Shown piece after piece: positions 1 to 14,200 of a stretch of 64,000 nucleotides of DNA. The stretch's first letter is position 1. Each line of letters opens with the position of its first letter. The notes below the pieces were generated by a model, which was not told the origin of the DNA, did not search any database, and saw only the letters and a list, made by a program, of their open reading frames with translations. Origin of the DNA: Eledone cirrhosa (Eukaryota). The DNA lies in NCBI GenBank assembly GCA_964016885.1, contig CAXHJY010000793.1, forward strand, positions 36,001-100,000, written 5' to 3'. A program made the translations under genes and the position numbers.

Positions 1-2896
1 ACCAATTACTGTCAATCCACCGCCCTAGACATGTGTGACACTCTACCAATTACTGTCAGTCCACTGCCCTAGACATGTGTGACACTCTACCAATTACTGT
101 CAGTCCACTGCCCTAGACATGTGTGACACTCTACCAATTACTGTCAGTCCACTGCCCTAGACATGTGTGACACTCTACCAATTACTGTCAATCCACTGCC
201 CTAGACATGTGTGACACTCTACCAATTACTGTCAATCCACTGCCCTAGACATGTGTGACACTCTACCAATTACTGTCAATCCACTGCCCTAGACATGTGT
301 GACACTCTACCAATTACTGTCAATCCACCGCCCTAGACATGTGTGACACTCTACCAATTACTGTCAATCCACTGCCCTAGACATGTGTGACACTCTACCA
401 ATTACTGTCAGTCCACTGCCCTAGCCATGTGTGACTACCAATTACTGTCAATCCACCTCCCTAGACATGTGTGACACTCTACCAATTACTGTCAATCCAC
501 TGCCCTAGACATGTGTGACACTCTACCAATTACTGTCAGTCTACTGCCCTAGACATGTGTGACACTTTACCAATTACTGTCAGTCCACTGCCCTAGACAT
601 GTGTGACACTCTACCAATTACTGTCAATCCACTGCCCTAGACATGTGACACTCTACCAATTACTGTCAATCCACTGCCCTAGACATGTGTGACACTCTAC
701 CAATTACTGTCAGTCTACTGCCCTAGACATGTGTGACACTCTACCAATTACTGTCACTCCACCGCCCTAGACATGTGTGACACTCTACCAATTACTGTCA
801 ATCCACTGCCGTAGACATGTGTGACACTCTACCAATTACTGTCAATCCACTGCCGTAGACATGTGTGACACTCTACCAATTACTGTCAATCCACTGCCCT
901 AGACATGTGTGACACTCTACCAATTACTGTCAATCCACTGCCCTAGACATGTGTGACACTCTACCAATTACTGTCAATCCACTGCCCTAGACATGTGTGA
1001 CACTCTACCAATTACTGTCAATCCACTGTCCTAGACATGTGTGACACTCTACCAATTACTGTCAATCCACTGCCCTAGACATGTGTGACACTCTACCAAT
1101 TACTGTCAATCCACTGCCCTAGACATGTGTGACACTCTACCAATTACTGTCAATCCACCGCCCTAGACATGTGTGACACTCTACCAATTACTGTCAATCC
1201 ACTGCCCTAGACATGTGTGACACTCTACTAATTACTGTCAGTCCACTGCCCTAGACATGTGTGACACTCTACCAATTACTGTCAATCCACTGCCCTAGAC
1301 ATGTGTGACACTCTACCAATTACTGTCAGTCTACTGCCCTAGACATGTGTGACACTCTACCAATTACTGTCAGTCCACTGCCCTAGACATGTGTGACACT
1401 CTACCAATTACTGTCAGTCTACTGCCCTAGACATGTGTGACACTCTACCAATTACTGTCAATCCACTGCCCTAGATATGTGTGACATTCTACCAATTACT
1501 GTCAATCCACTGCCTCAGACATTTGTGACACTCTACCAATTACTGTCAGTCCACTGCCCTAGACATGTGTGACACTCTACCAATTACTGTCAGTCTACTG
1601 CCCTAGACATGTGTGACACTCTACCAATTACTGTCAATCCACCGCCCTAGACATGTGTGACACTCTACCAATTACTGTCAATCCACTGCCCTAGACATGT
1701 GTGACACTCTACCAATTACTGTCAATCCACTGCCCTAGACATGTGTGACACTCTACCAATTACTGTCAGTCCACTGCCCTAGATATGTGTGACATTCTAC
1801 CAATTACTGTCAATCCACTGCCCTAGACATGTGTGACACTCTACCAATTACTGTCAATCCACCGCCCTAGACATGTGTGACACTCTACCAATTACTGTCA
1901 ATCCACCACCCTAGACATGTGACACTCTACCAATTACTGTCAATCCACTGCCCTAGACATGTGTGACACTCTACCAATTACTGTCAGTCCACTGCCCTAG
2001 ACATGTGTGACACTCTACCAATTACTGTCAATCCACTGCCCTAGACATGTGTGACACTCTACCAATTACTGTCAGTCTACTGCCCTAGACATGTGTGACA
2101 CTCTACCAATTACTGTCAGTCCACTGCCCTAGACATGTGTGACACTCTACCAATTACTGTCAATCCACCGCCCTAGACATGTGTGACACTCTACCAATTA
2201 CTGTCAATCCACTGCCCTAGACATGTGTGACACTCTACCAATTACTGTCAATCCACTGCCCTAGACATGTGTGACACTCTACCAATTACTGTCAATCCAC
2301 TGCCCTAGACATGTGTGACACTCTACCAATTACTGTCAATCCACCGCCCTAGACATGTTTGACACTCTACCAATTACTGTCAATCCACTGCCCTAGACAT
2401 GTGTGACACTCTACCAATTACTGTCAGTCCACTGCCCTAGATATGTGTGACACTCTACCAATTACTGTCAATCCACTGCCCTAGACATGTGTGACACTCT
2501 ACCAATTACTGTCAATCCACCGCCCTAGACATGTGTGACACTCTACCAATTACTGTCAATCCACTGCCCTAGACATGTGTGACACTCTACCAATTACTGT
2601 CAACCCACCGCCCTAGACATGTGTGACACTCTACCAATTACTGTCAACCCACTGCCCTAGACATGTGTGACACTCTACCAATTACTGTCAATCCACCGCC
2701 CTAGACATGTGTGACACTCTACCAATTACTGTCAATCCACCGCCCTAGACATGTGTGACACTCTACCAATTACTGTCAACCCACTGCCCTAGACATGTGT
2801 GACACTCTACCAACTACTGTCAATCCACCGCCCTAGACATGTGTGACACTCTACCAATTACTGTCAACCCACCGCCCTAGACATGTGTGACACTCT

Positions 2897-3106
2897 ACCA
2901 ATTACTGTCGAGCCACTGCCCTAGACATGTGACACTCTACCAATTACTGTCAAGCCACTGCCCTAGACATGTGACACTCTACCAATTACTGTCAAGCCAC
3001 TGCCCTAGACATGTGACACTCTACCAATTACTGTCAAGCCACTGCCCTAGACATGTGACACTCTACCAATTACTGTCAAGCCACTGCCCTAGACATGTGA
3101 CACTCT
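2897..3106. repeat. Five consecutive 42-bp variant monomers (GTCAAGCC/GTCGAGCC type, one TG deleted)
   Basis: Monomer starts at 2897, 2939, 2981, 3023 and 3065 are spaced exactly 42 bp apart. I saw the T16G allele (AAGCC/GAGCC) nowhere else in the window. Confidence 0.95.
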
Positions 3107-4814
3107 ACCAATTACTGTCAACCCACTGCCCTAGACATGTGTGACACTCTACCAATTACTGTCAATCCACCGCCCTAGACATGTGACACTCTACCAATTA
3201 CTGTCAATCCACTGCCCTAGACATGTGTGACACTCTACCAATTACTGTCAACCCACTGCCCTAGACACGTGTGACACTCTACCAATTACTGTCAGTCCAC
3301 TGCCCTAGACATGTGTGACACTCTACCAATTACTGTCAGTCCACCGCCCTAGACATGTGTGACACTCTACCAATTACTGTCAGTCCACTGCCCTAGACAT
3401 GTGTGACACTCTACCAATTACTGTCAATCCACTGCCCTAGACATGTGTGACACTCTACCAATTACTGTCAGTCCACTGCCCTAGACATGTGTGACACTCT
3501 ACCAATTACTGTCAGTCCACTGCCCTAGACATGTGTGACACTCTACCAATTACTGTCAATCCACTGCCCTAGACATGTGTGACACTCTACCAATTACTGT
3601 CAATCCACTGCCCTAGACATGTGTGACACTCTACCAATTACTGTCAGTCCACTGCCCTAGACATGTGTGACACTCTACCAATTACTGTCAGTCCACCGCC
3701 CTAGACATGTGTGACACTCTACCAATTACTGTCAATCCACCGCCCTAGACATGTGTGACACTCTACCAATTACTGTCAATCCACTGCCCTAGACATGTGT
3801 GACACTCTACCAATTACTGTCAGTCCACTGCCCTAGCCATGTGTGACTACCAATTACTGTCAATCCACCTCCCTAGACATGTGTGACACTCTACCAATTA
3901 CTGTCAATCCACTGCCCTAGACATGTGTGACACTCTACCAATTACTGTCAATCCACTGCCCTAGACATGTGACACTCTACCAATTACTGTCAATCCACTG
4001 CCCTAGACATGTGTGACACTCTACCAATTACTGTCAGTCTACTGCCCTAGACATGTGTGACACTCTACCAATTACTGTCACTCCACCGCCCTAGACATGT
4101 GTGACACTCTACCAATTACTGTCAATCCACTGCCGTAGACATGTGTGACACTCTACCAATTACTGTCAATCCACTGCCCTAGACATGTGTGACACTCTAC
4201 CAATTACTGTCAATCCACTGCCCTAGACATGTGTGACACTCTACCAATTACTGTCAATCCACTGCCCTAGACATGTGTGACACTCTACCAATTACTGTCA
4301 ATCCACTGCCCTAGACATGTGTGACACTCTACCAATTACTGTCAATCCACTGCCCTAGACATGTGTGACACTCTACCAATTACTGTCAGTCCACTGCCCT
4401 AGACATGTGTGACACTCTACCAAGTACTGTCAATCCACTGCCCTAGACATGTGTGACACTCTACCAATTACTGTCAATCCACTGCCCTAGACATGTGTGA
4501 CACTCTACCAATTACTGTCAGTCTACTGCCCTAGACGTGTGTGACACTCTACCAATTACTGTCAATCCACCGCCCTAGACATGTGTGACACTCTACCAAT
4601 TACTGTCAATCCACTGCCCTAGACACGTGTGACACTCTACCAATTACTGTCAGTCTACTGCCCTAGACATGTGTGACACTCTACCAATTACTGTCAGTCC
4701 ACTGCCCTAGACATGTGTGACACTCTACCAATTACTGTCAGTCTACTGCCCTAGACATGTGTGACACTCTACCAATTACTGTCAATCCACCGCCCTAGAC
4801 ATGTGTGACACTCT

Positions 4815-5210
4815 ACCAATTACTGTCAATCCACTGCCTCAGACATTTGTGACACTCTACCAATTACTGTCAATCCACCGCCCTAGACATGTGTGACACT
4901 CTACCAATTACTGTCAATCCACTGCCCTAGACATGTGTGACACTCTACCAATTACTGTCAATCCACTGCCTCAGACATTTGTGACACTCTACCAATTACT
5001 GTCAATCCACCGCCCTAGACATGTGTGACACTCTACCAATTACTGTCAATCCACTGCCCTAGACATGTGTGACACTCTACCAATTACTGTCAATCCACTG
5101 CCTCAGACATTTGTGACACTCTACCAATTACTGTCAATCCACCGCCCTAGACATGTGTGACACTCTACCAATTACTGTCAATCCACTGCCCTAGACATGT
5201 GTGACACTCT
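4815..5210. repeat. Local 3-monomer (132 bp) unit repeated three times
   Basis: The diagnostic CCTCAGACATTT monomer has its variant T at 4839, 4971 and 5103 (spacing 132). Each is followed by a CCACCG monomer and a consensus monomer. Confidence 0.93.
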
Positions 5211-5254
5211 ACCAATTACTGTCAGTCCACTGCCCTAGACATGTGTGACACTCT

Positions 5255-8200
5255 ACCAATTACTGTCAATCCACCGCCCTAGACATGTGTGACACTCTAC
5301 CAATTACTGTCAATCCACCACCCTAGACATGTGTGACACTCTACCAATTACTGTCAATCCACTGCCCTAGACATGTGTGACACTCTACCAATTACTGTCA
5401 GTCCACTGCCCTAGACATGTGTGACACTCTACCAATTACTGTCAATCCACTGCCCTAGACATGTGTGACACTCTACCAATTACTGTCAGTCTACTGCCCT
5501 AGGCATGTGTGACACTCTACCAATTACTGTCAGTCCACTGCCCTAGACATGTGTGACACTCTACCAATTACTGTCAATCCACCGCCCTAGACATGTGTGA
5601 CACTCTACCAATTACTGTCAATCCACTGCCCTAGACATGTGTGACACTCTACCAATTACTGTCAATCCACTGCCCTAGACATGTGTGACACTCTACCAAT
5701 TACTGTCAATCCACTGCCCTAGACATGTGTGACACTCTACCAATTACTGTCAATCCACTGCCCTAGACATGTGTGACACTCTACCAATTACTGTCAATCC
5801 ACTGCCCTAGACATGTGTGACACTCTACCAATTACTGTCAATCCACTGCCCTAGACATGTGTGACACTCTACCAATTACTGTCAGTCCACTGCCCTAGAC
5901 ATGTGTGACACTCTACCAAGTACTGTCAATCCACTGCCCTAGACATGTGTGACACTCTACCAATTACTGTCAATCCACTGCCCTAGACATGTGTGACACT
6001 CTACCAATTACTGTCAGTCTACTGCCCTAGACGTGTGTGACACTCTACCAATTACTGTCAATCCACCGCCCTAGACATGTGTGACACTCTACCAATTACT
6101 GTCAATCCACTGCCCTAGACACGTGTGACACTCTACCAATTACTGTCAGTCTACTGCCCTAGACATGTGACACTCTACCAATTACTGTCAGTCCACTGCC
6201 CTAGACATGTGTGACACTCTACCAATTACTGTCAGTCCACTGCCCTAGACATGTGTGACACTCTACCAATTACTGTCAGTCCACTGCCCTAGACATGTGT
6301 GACACTCTACCAATTACTGTCAATCCACCGCCCTAGACATGTGTGACACTCTACCAATTACTGTCAATCCACTGCCCTAGACATGTGTGACACTCTACCA
6401 ATTACTGTCAGTCCACTGCCCTAGATATGTGTGACATTCTACCAATTACTGTCAATCCACTGCCTCAGACATTTGTGACACTCTACCAATTACTGTCAAT
6501 CCACCGCCCTAGACATGTGTGACACTCTACCAATTACTGTCAATCCACTGCCCTAGACATGTGTGACACTCTACCAATTACTGTCAGTCCACTGCCCTAG
6601 ACATGTGTGACACTCTACCAATTACTGTCAATCCACTGCCCTAGACATGTGTGACACTCTACCAATTACTGTCAATCCACCGCCCTAGACATGTGTGACA
6701 CTCTACCAATTACTGTCAATCCACTGCCCTAGACATGTGTGACACTCTACCAATTACTGTCAGTCCACTGCCCTAGACATGTGTGACACTCTACCAATTA
6801 CTGTCAATCCACTGCCCTAGACATGTGTGACACTCTACCAATTACTGTCAATCCACCGCCCTAGACATGTGTGACACTCTACCAATTACTGTCAATCCAC
6901 TGCCCTAGACATGTGTGACACTCTACCAATTACTGTCAGTCCACTGCCCTAGACATGTGTGACACTCTACCAATTACTGTCAATCAACTGCCCTAGACAT
7001 GTGTGACACTCTACCAATTACTGTCAGTCTACTGCCCTAGACATGTGTGACACTCTACCAATTACTGTCAGTCCACTGCCCTAGACATGTGTGACACTCT
7101 ACCAATTACTGTCAATCCACCGCCCTAGACATGTGTGACACTCTACCAATTACTGTCAATCCACTGCCCTAGACATGTGTGACACTCTACCAATTACTGT
7201 CAATCCACTGCCCTAGACATGTGTGACACTCTACCAATTACTGTCAATCCACCGCCCTAGACATGTGTGACACTCTACCAATTACTGTCAATCCACCGCC
7301 CTAGACATGTGTGACACTCTACCAATTACTGTCAATCCACTGCCCTAGACATGTGTGACACTCTACCAATTACTGTCAATCCACTGCCCTAGACATGTGT
7401 GACACTCTACCAATTACTGTCAATCCACCGCCCTAGACATGTGTGACACTCTACCAATTACTGTCAATCCACTGCCCTAGACATGTGTGACGCTCTACCA
7501 ATTACTGTCAGTCCACTGCCCTAGATATGTGTGACACTCTACCAATTACTGTCAATCCACTGCCCTAGACATGTGTGACACTCTACCAATTACTGTCAAT
7601 CCACCGCCCTAGACATGTGTGACACTCTACCAATTACTGTCAACCCACCGCCCTAGACATGTGTGACACTCTACCAATTACTGTCAACCCACTGCCCTAG
7701 ACATGTGTGACACTCTACCAATTACTGTCAATCCACCGCCCTAGACATGTGACACTCTACCAATTACTGTCAATCCACTGCCCTAGACATGTGTGACACT
7801 CTACCAATTACTGTCAACCCACTGCCCTAGACACGTGTGACACTCTACCAATTACTGTCAGTCCACTGCCCTAGACATGTGTGACACTCTACCAATTACT
7901 CTTAGTCCACCGCCCTAGACATGTGTGACACTCTACCAATTACTGTCAGTCCACTGCCCTAGACATGTGTGACACTCTACCAATTACTGTCAATCCACTG
8001 CCCTAGACATGTGTGACACTCTACCAATTACTGTCAGTCCACTGCCCTAGACATGTGTGACACTCTACCAATTACTGTCAGTCCACTGCCCTAGACATGT
8101 GTGACACTCTACCAATTACTGTCAATCCACTGCCCTAGACATGTGTGACACTCTACCAATTACTGTCAATCCACTGCCCTAGACATGTGTGACACTCTAC

Positions 8201-11200
8201 CAATTACTGTCAGTCCACTGCCCTAGACATGTGTGACACTCTACCAATTACTGTCAGTCCACCGCCCTAGACATGTGTGACACTCTACCAATTACTGTCA
8301 ATCCACCGCCCTAGACATGTGTGACACTCTACCAATTACTGTCAATCCACTGCCCTAGACATGTGTGACACTCTACCAATTACTGTCAGTCCACTGCCCT
8401 AGCCATGTGTGACTACCAATTACTGTCAATCCACCTCCCTAGACATGTGTGACACTCTACCAATTACTGTCAATCCACTGCCCTAGACATGTGTGACACT
8501 CTACCAATTACTGTCAATCCACTGCCCTAGACATGTGTGACACTCTACCAATTACTGTCAGTCTACTGCCCTAGACATGTGTGACACTCTACCAATTACT
8601 GTCACTCCACCGCCCTAGACATGTGTGACACTCTACCAATTACTGTCAATCCACTGCCGTAGACATGTGTGACACTCTACCAATTACTGTCAATCCACTG
8701 CCCTAGACATGTGTGACACTCTACCAATTACTGTCAATCCACTGCCCTAGACATGTGTGACACTCTACCAATTACTGTCAATCCACTGCCCTAGACATGT
8801 GTGACACTCTACCAATTACTGTCAATCCACTGCCCTAGACATGTGTGACACTCTACCAATTACTGTCAATCCACTGCCCTAGACATGTGTGACACTCTAC
8901 CAATTACTGTCAATCCACTGCCCTAGACATGTGTGACACTCTACCAATTACTGTCAATCCACTGCCCTAGACATGTGTGACACTCTACCAATTACTGTCA
9001 ATCCACTGCCCTAGACATGTGTGACACTCTACCAATTACTGTCAATCCACTGCCCTAGACATGTGTGACACTCTACCAATTACTGTCACTCCACCGCCCT
9101 AGACATGTGTGACACTCTACCAATTACTGTCAATCCACTGCCGTAGACATGTGTGACACTCTACCAATTACTGTCAATCCACTGCCCTAGACATGTGTGA
9201 CACTCTACCAATTACTGTCAATCCACTGCCCTAGACATGTGTGACACTCTACCAATTACTGTCAATCCACTGCCCTAGCCATGTGTGACACTCTACCAAT
9301 TACTGTCAATCCACTGCCCTAGACATGTGTGACACTCTACCAATTACTGTCAATCCACTGCCCTAGACATGTGTGACACTCTACCAATTACTGTCAATCC
9401 ACTGCCGTAGACATGTGTGACACTCTACCAATTACTGTCAATCCACTGCCCTAGACATGTGTGACACTCTACCAATTACTGTCAATCCACTGCCCTAGAC
9501 ATGTGTGACACTCTACCAATTACTGTCAATCCACTGCCCTAGACATGTGTGACACTCTACCAATTACTGTCAATCCACTGCCCTAGACATGTGTGACACT
9601 CTACCAATTACTGTCAATCCACTGCCCTAGACATGTGTGACACTCTACCAATTACTGTCAATCCACTGCCCTAGACATGTGTGACACTCTACCAATTACT
9701 GTCAATCCACTGCCCTAGACATGTGTGACACTCTACCAATTACTGTCAATCCACTGCCCTAGACATGTGTGACACTCTACCAATTACTGTCAATCCACTG
9801 CCCTAGACATGTGTGACACTCTACCAATTACTGTCAATCCACTGCCCTAGACATGTGTGACACTCTACCAATTACTGTCAGTCTACTGCCCTAGATGTGT
9901 GTGACACTCTACCAATTACTGTCAATCCACCGCCCTAGACATGTGTGACACTCTACCAATTACTGTCAATCCACTGCCCTAGACATGTGTGACACTCTAC
10001 CAATTACTGTCAGTCTACTGCCCTAGACATGTGTGACACTCTACCAATTACTGTCAATCCACTGCCCTAGATATGTGTGACATTCTACCAATTACTGTCA
10101 ATCCACTGCCTCAGACATTTGTGACACTCTACCAATTACTGTCAGTCCACTGCCCTAGATATGTGTGACACTCTACCAATTACTGTCAATCCACTGCCCT
10201 AGACATGTGTGACACTCTACCAATTACTGTCAATCCACCGCCCTAGACATGTGTGACACTCTACCAATTACTGTCAATCCACCGCCCTAGACATGTGTGA
10301 CACTCTACCAATTACTGTCAATCCACCACCCTAGACATGTGTGACACTCTACCAATTACTGTCAATCCACTGCCCTAGACATGTGTGACACTCTACCAAT
10401 TACTGTCAGTCCACTGCCCTAGACATGTGTGACACTCTACCAATTACTGTCAATCCACTGCCCTAGACATGTGTGACACTCTACCAATTACTGTCAGTCT
10501 ACTGCCCTAGGCATGTGTGACACTCTACCAATTACTGTCAGTCCACTGCCCTAGACATGTGTGACACTCTACCAATTACTGTCAATCCACCGCCCTAGAC
10601 ATGTGTGACACTCTACCAATTACTGTCAATCCACTGCCCTAGACATGTGTGACACTCTACCAATTACTGTCAATCCACTGCCCTAGACATGTGTGACACT
10701 CTACCAATTACTGTCAATCCACTGCCCTAGACATGTGTGACACTCTACCAATTACTGTCAATCCACTGCCCTAGACATGTGTGACACTCTACCAATTACT
10801 GTCAATCCACTGCCCTAGACATGTGTGACACTCTACCAATTACTGTCAATCCACTGCCCTAGACATGTGTGACACTCTACCAATTACTGTCAGTCCACTG
10901 CCCTAGACATGTGTGACACTCTACCAAGTACTGTCAATCCACTGCCCTAGACATGTGTGACACTCTACCAATTACTGTCAATCCACTGCCCTAGACATGT
11001 GTGACACTCTACCAATTACTGTCAGTCTACTGCCCTAGACGTGTGTGACACTCTACCAATTACTGTCAATCCACCGCCCTAGACATGTGTGACACTCTAC
11101 CAATTACTGTCAATCCACTGCCCTAGACACGTGTGACACTCTACCAATTACTGTCAGTCCACTGCCCTAGACATGTGTGACACTCTACCAATTACTGTCA

Positions 11201-14200
11201 GTCCACTGCCCTAGACATGTGTGACACTCTACCAATTACTGTCAGTCCACTGCCCTAGACATGTGTGACACTCTACCAATTACTGTCAATCCACCGCCCT
11301 AGACATGTGTGACACTCTACCAATTACTGTCAATCCACTGCCCTAGACATGTGTGACACTCTACCAATTACTGTCAGTCCACTGCCCTAGATATGTGTGA
11401 CATTCTACCAATTACTGTCAATCCACTGCCTCAGACATTTGTGACACTCTACCAATTACTGTCAATCCACCGCCCTAGACATGTGTGACACTCTACCAAT
11501 TACTGTCAATCCACTGCCCTAGACATGTGTGACACTCTACCAATTACTGTCAGTCCACTGCCCTAGACATGTGTGACACTCTACCAATTACTGTCAATCC
11601 ACTGCCCTAGACATGTGTGACACTCTACCAATTACTGTCAATCCACCGCCCTAGACATGTGTGACACTCTACCAATTACTGTCAATCCACTGCCCTAGAC
11701 ATGTGTGACACTCTACCAATTACTGTCAGTCCACTGCCCTAGACATGTGTGACACTCTACCAATTACTGTCAATCCACTGCCCTAGACATGTGTGACACT
11801 CTACCAATTACTGTCAATCCACCGCCCTAGACATGTGTGACACTCTACCAATTACTGTCAATCCACTGCCCTAGACATGTGTGACACTCTACCAATTACT
11901 GTCAGTCCACTGCCCTAGACATGTGTGACACTCTACCAATTACTGTCAATCAACTGCCCTAGACATGTGTGACACTCTACCAATTACTGTCAGTCTACTG
12001 CCCTAGACATGTGTGACACTCTACCAATTACTGTCAGTCCACTGCCCTAGACATGTGTGACACTCTACCAATTACTGTCAATCCACCGCCCTAGACATGT
12101 GTGACACTCTACCAATTACTGTCAATCCACTGCCCTAGACATGTGTGACACTCTACCAATTACTGTCAATCCACTGCCCTAGACATGTGTGACACTCTAC
12201 CAATTACTGTCAATCCACCGCCCTAGACATGTGTGACACTCTACCAATTACTGTCAATCCACCGCCCTAGACATGTGTGACACTCTACCAATTACTGTCA
12301 ATCCACTGCCCTAGACATGTGTGACACTCTACCAATTACTGTCAATCCACTGCCCTAGACATGTGTGACACTCTACCAATTACTGTCAATCCACCGCCCT
12401 AGACATGTGTGACACTCTACCAATTACTGTCAATCCACTGCCCTAGACATGTGTGACGCTCTACCAATTACTGTCAGTCCACTGCCCTAGATATGTGTGA
12501 CACTCTACCAATTACTGTCAATCCACTGCCCTAGACATGTGTGACACTCTACCAATTACTGTCAATCCACCGCCCTAGACATGTGTGACACTCTACCAAT
12601 TACTGTCAACCCACCGCCCTAGACATGTGTGACACTCTACCAATTACTGTCAACCCACTGCCCTAGACATGTGTGACACTCTACCAATTACTGTCAATCC
12701 ACCGCCCTAGACATGTGACACTCTACCAATTACTGTCAATCCACTGCCCTAGACATGTGTGACACTCTACCAATTACTGTCAACCCACTGCCCTAGACAC
12801 GTGTGACACTCTACCAATTACTGTCAGTCCACTGCCCTAGACATGTGTGACACTCTACCAATTACTCTTAGTCCACCGCCCTAGACATGTGTGACACTCT
12901 ACCAATTACTGTCAGTCCACTGCCCTAGACATGTGTGACACTCTACCAATTACTGTCAATCCACTGCCCTAGACATGTGTGACACTCTACCAATTACTGT
13001 CAGTCCACTGCCCTAGACATGTGTGACACTCTACCAATTACTGTCAGTCCACTGCCCTAGACATGTGTGACACTCTACCAATTACTGTCAATCCACTGCC
13101 CTAGACATGTGTGACACTACCAATTACTGTCAATCCACTGCCCTAGACATGTGTGACACTCTACCAATTACTGTCAGTCCACTGCCCTAGACATGTGTGA
13201 CACTCTACCAATTACTGTCAGTCCACCGCCCTAGACATGTGTGACACTCTACCAATTACTGTCAATCCACCGCCCTAGACATGTGTGACACTCTACCAAT
13301 TACTGTCAATCCACTGCCCTAGACATGTGTGACACTCTACCAATTACTGTCAGTCCACTGCCCTAGCCATGTGTGACTACCAATTACTGTCAATCCACCT
13401 CCCTAGACATGTGTGACACTCTACCAATTACTGTCAATCCACTGCCCTAGACATGTGTGACACTCTACCAATTACTGTCAATCCACTGCCCTAGACATGT
13501 GTGACACTCTACCAATTACTGTCAGTCTACTGCCCTAGACATGTGTGACACTCTACCAATTACTGTCACTCCACCGCCCTAGACATGTGTGACACTCTAC
13601 CAATTACTGTCAATCCACTGCCGTAGACATGTGTGACACTCTACCAATTACTGTCAATCCACTGCCCTAGACATGTGTGACACTCTACCAATTACTGTCA
13701 ATCCACTGCCCTAGACATGTGTGACACTCTACCAATTACTGTCAATCCACTGCCCTAGACATGTGTGACACTCTACCAATTACTGTCAATCCACTGCCCT
13801 AGACATGTGTGACACTCTACCAATTACTGTCAATCCACTGCCCTAGACATGTGTGACACTCTACCAATTACTGTCAATCCACTGCCCTAGACATGTGTGA
13901 CACTCTACCAATTACTGTCAATCCACTGCCCTAGACATGTGTGACACTCTACCAATTACTGTCAATCCACTGCCCTAGACATGTGTGACACCCTACCAAT
14001 TACTGTCAATCCACTGCCCTAGACATGTGTGACACTCTACCAATTACTGTCACTCCACCGCCCTAGACATGTGTGACACTCTACCAATTACTGTCAATCC
14101 ACTGCCGTAGACATGTGTGACACTCTACCAATTACTGTCAATCCACTGCCCTAGACATGTGTGACACTCTACCAATTACTGTCAATCCACTGCCCTAGAC

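Noticed and set aside
36-58. TGACA-N13-TGTCA hairpin as a terminator or structured ncRNA
   Set aside because: The stem is only 5 bp with a 13-nt loop and no U-tract, too weak to support a call.
2887-3144. 85-aa ORF (14-aa repeat VTLYQLLSSHCPRH) as a real CDS
   Set aside because: It starts at a GTG that is present in every monomer. It is open only because five 42-bp monomers keep frame. It has no unique sequence, promoter context or recognisable domain.
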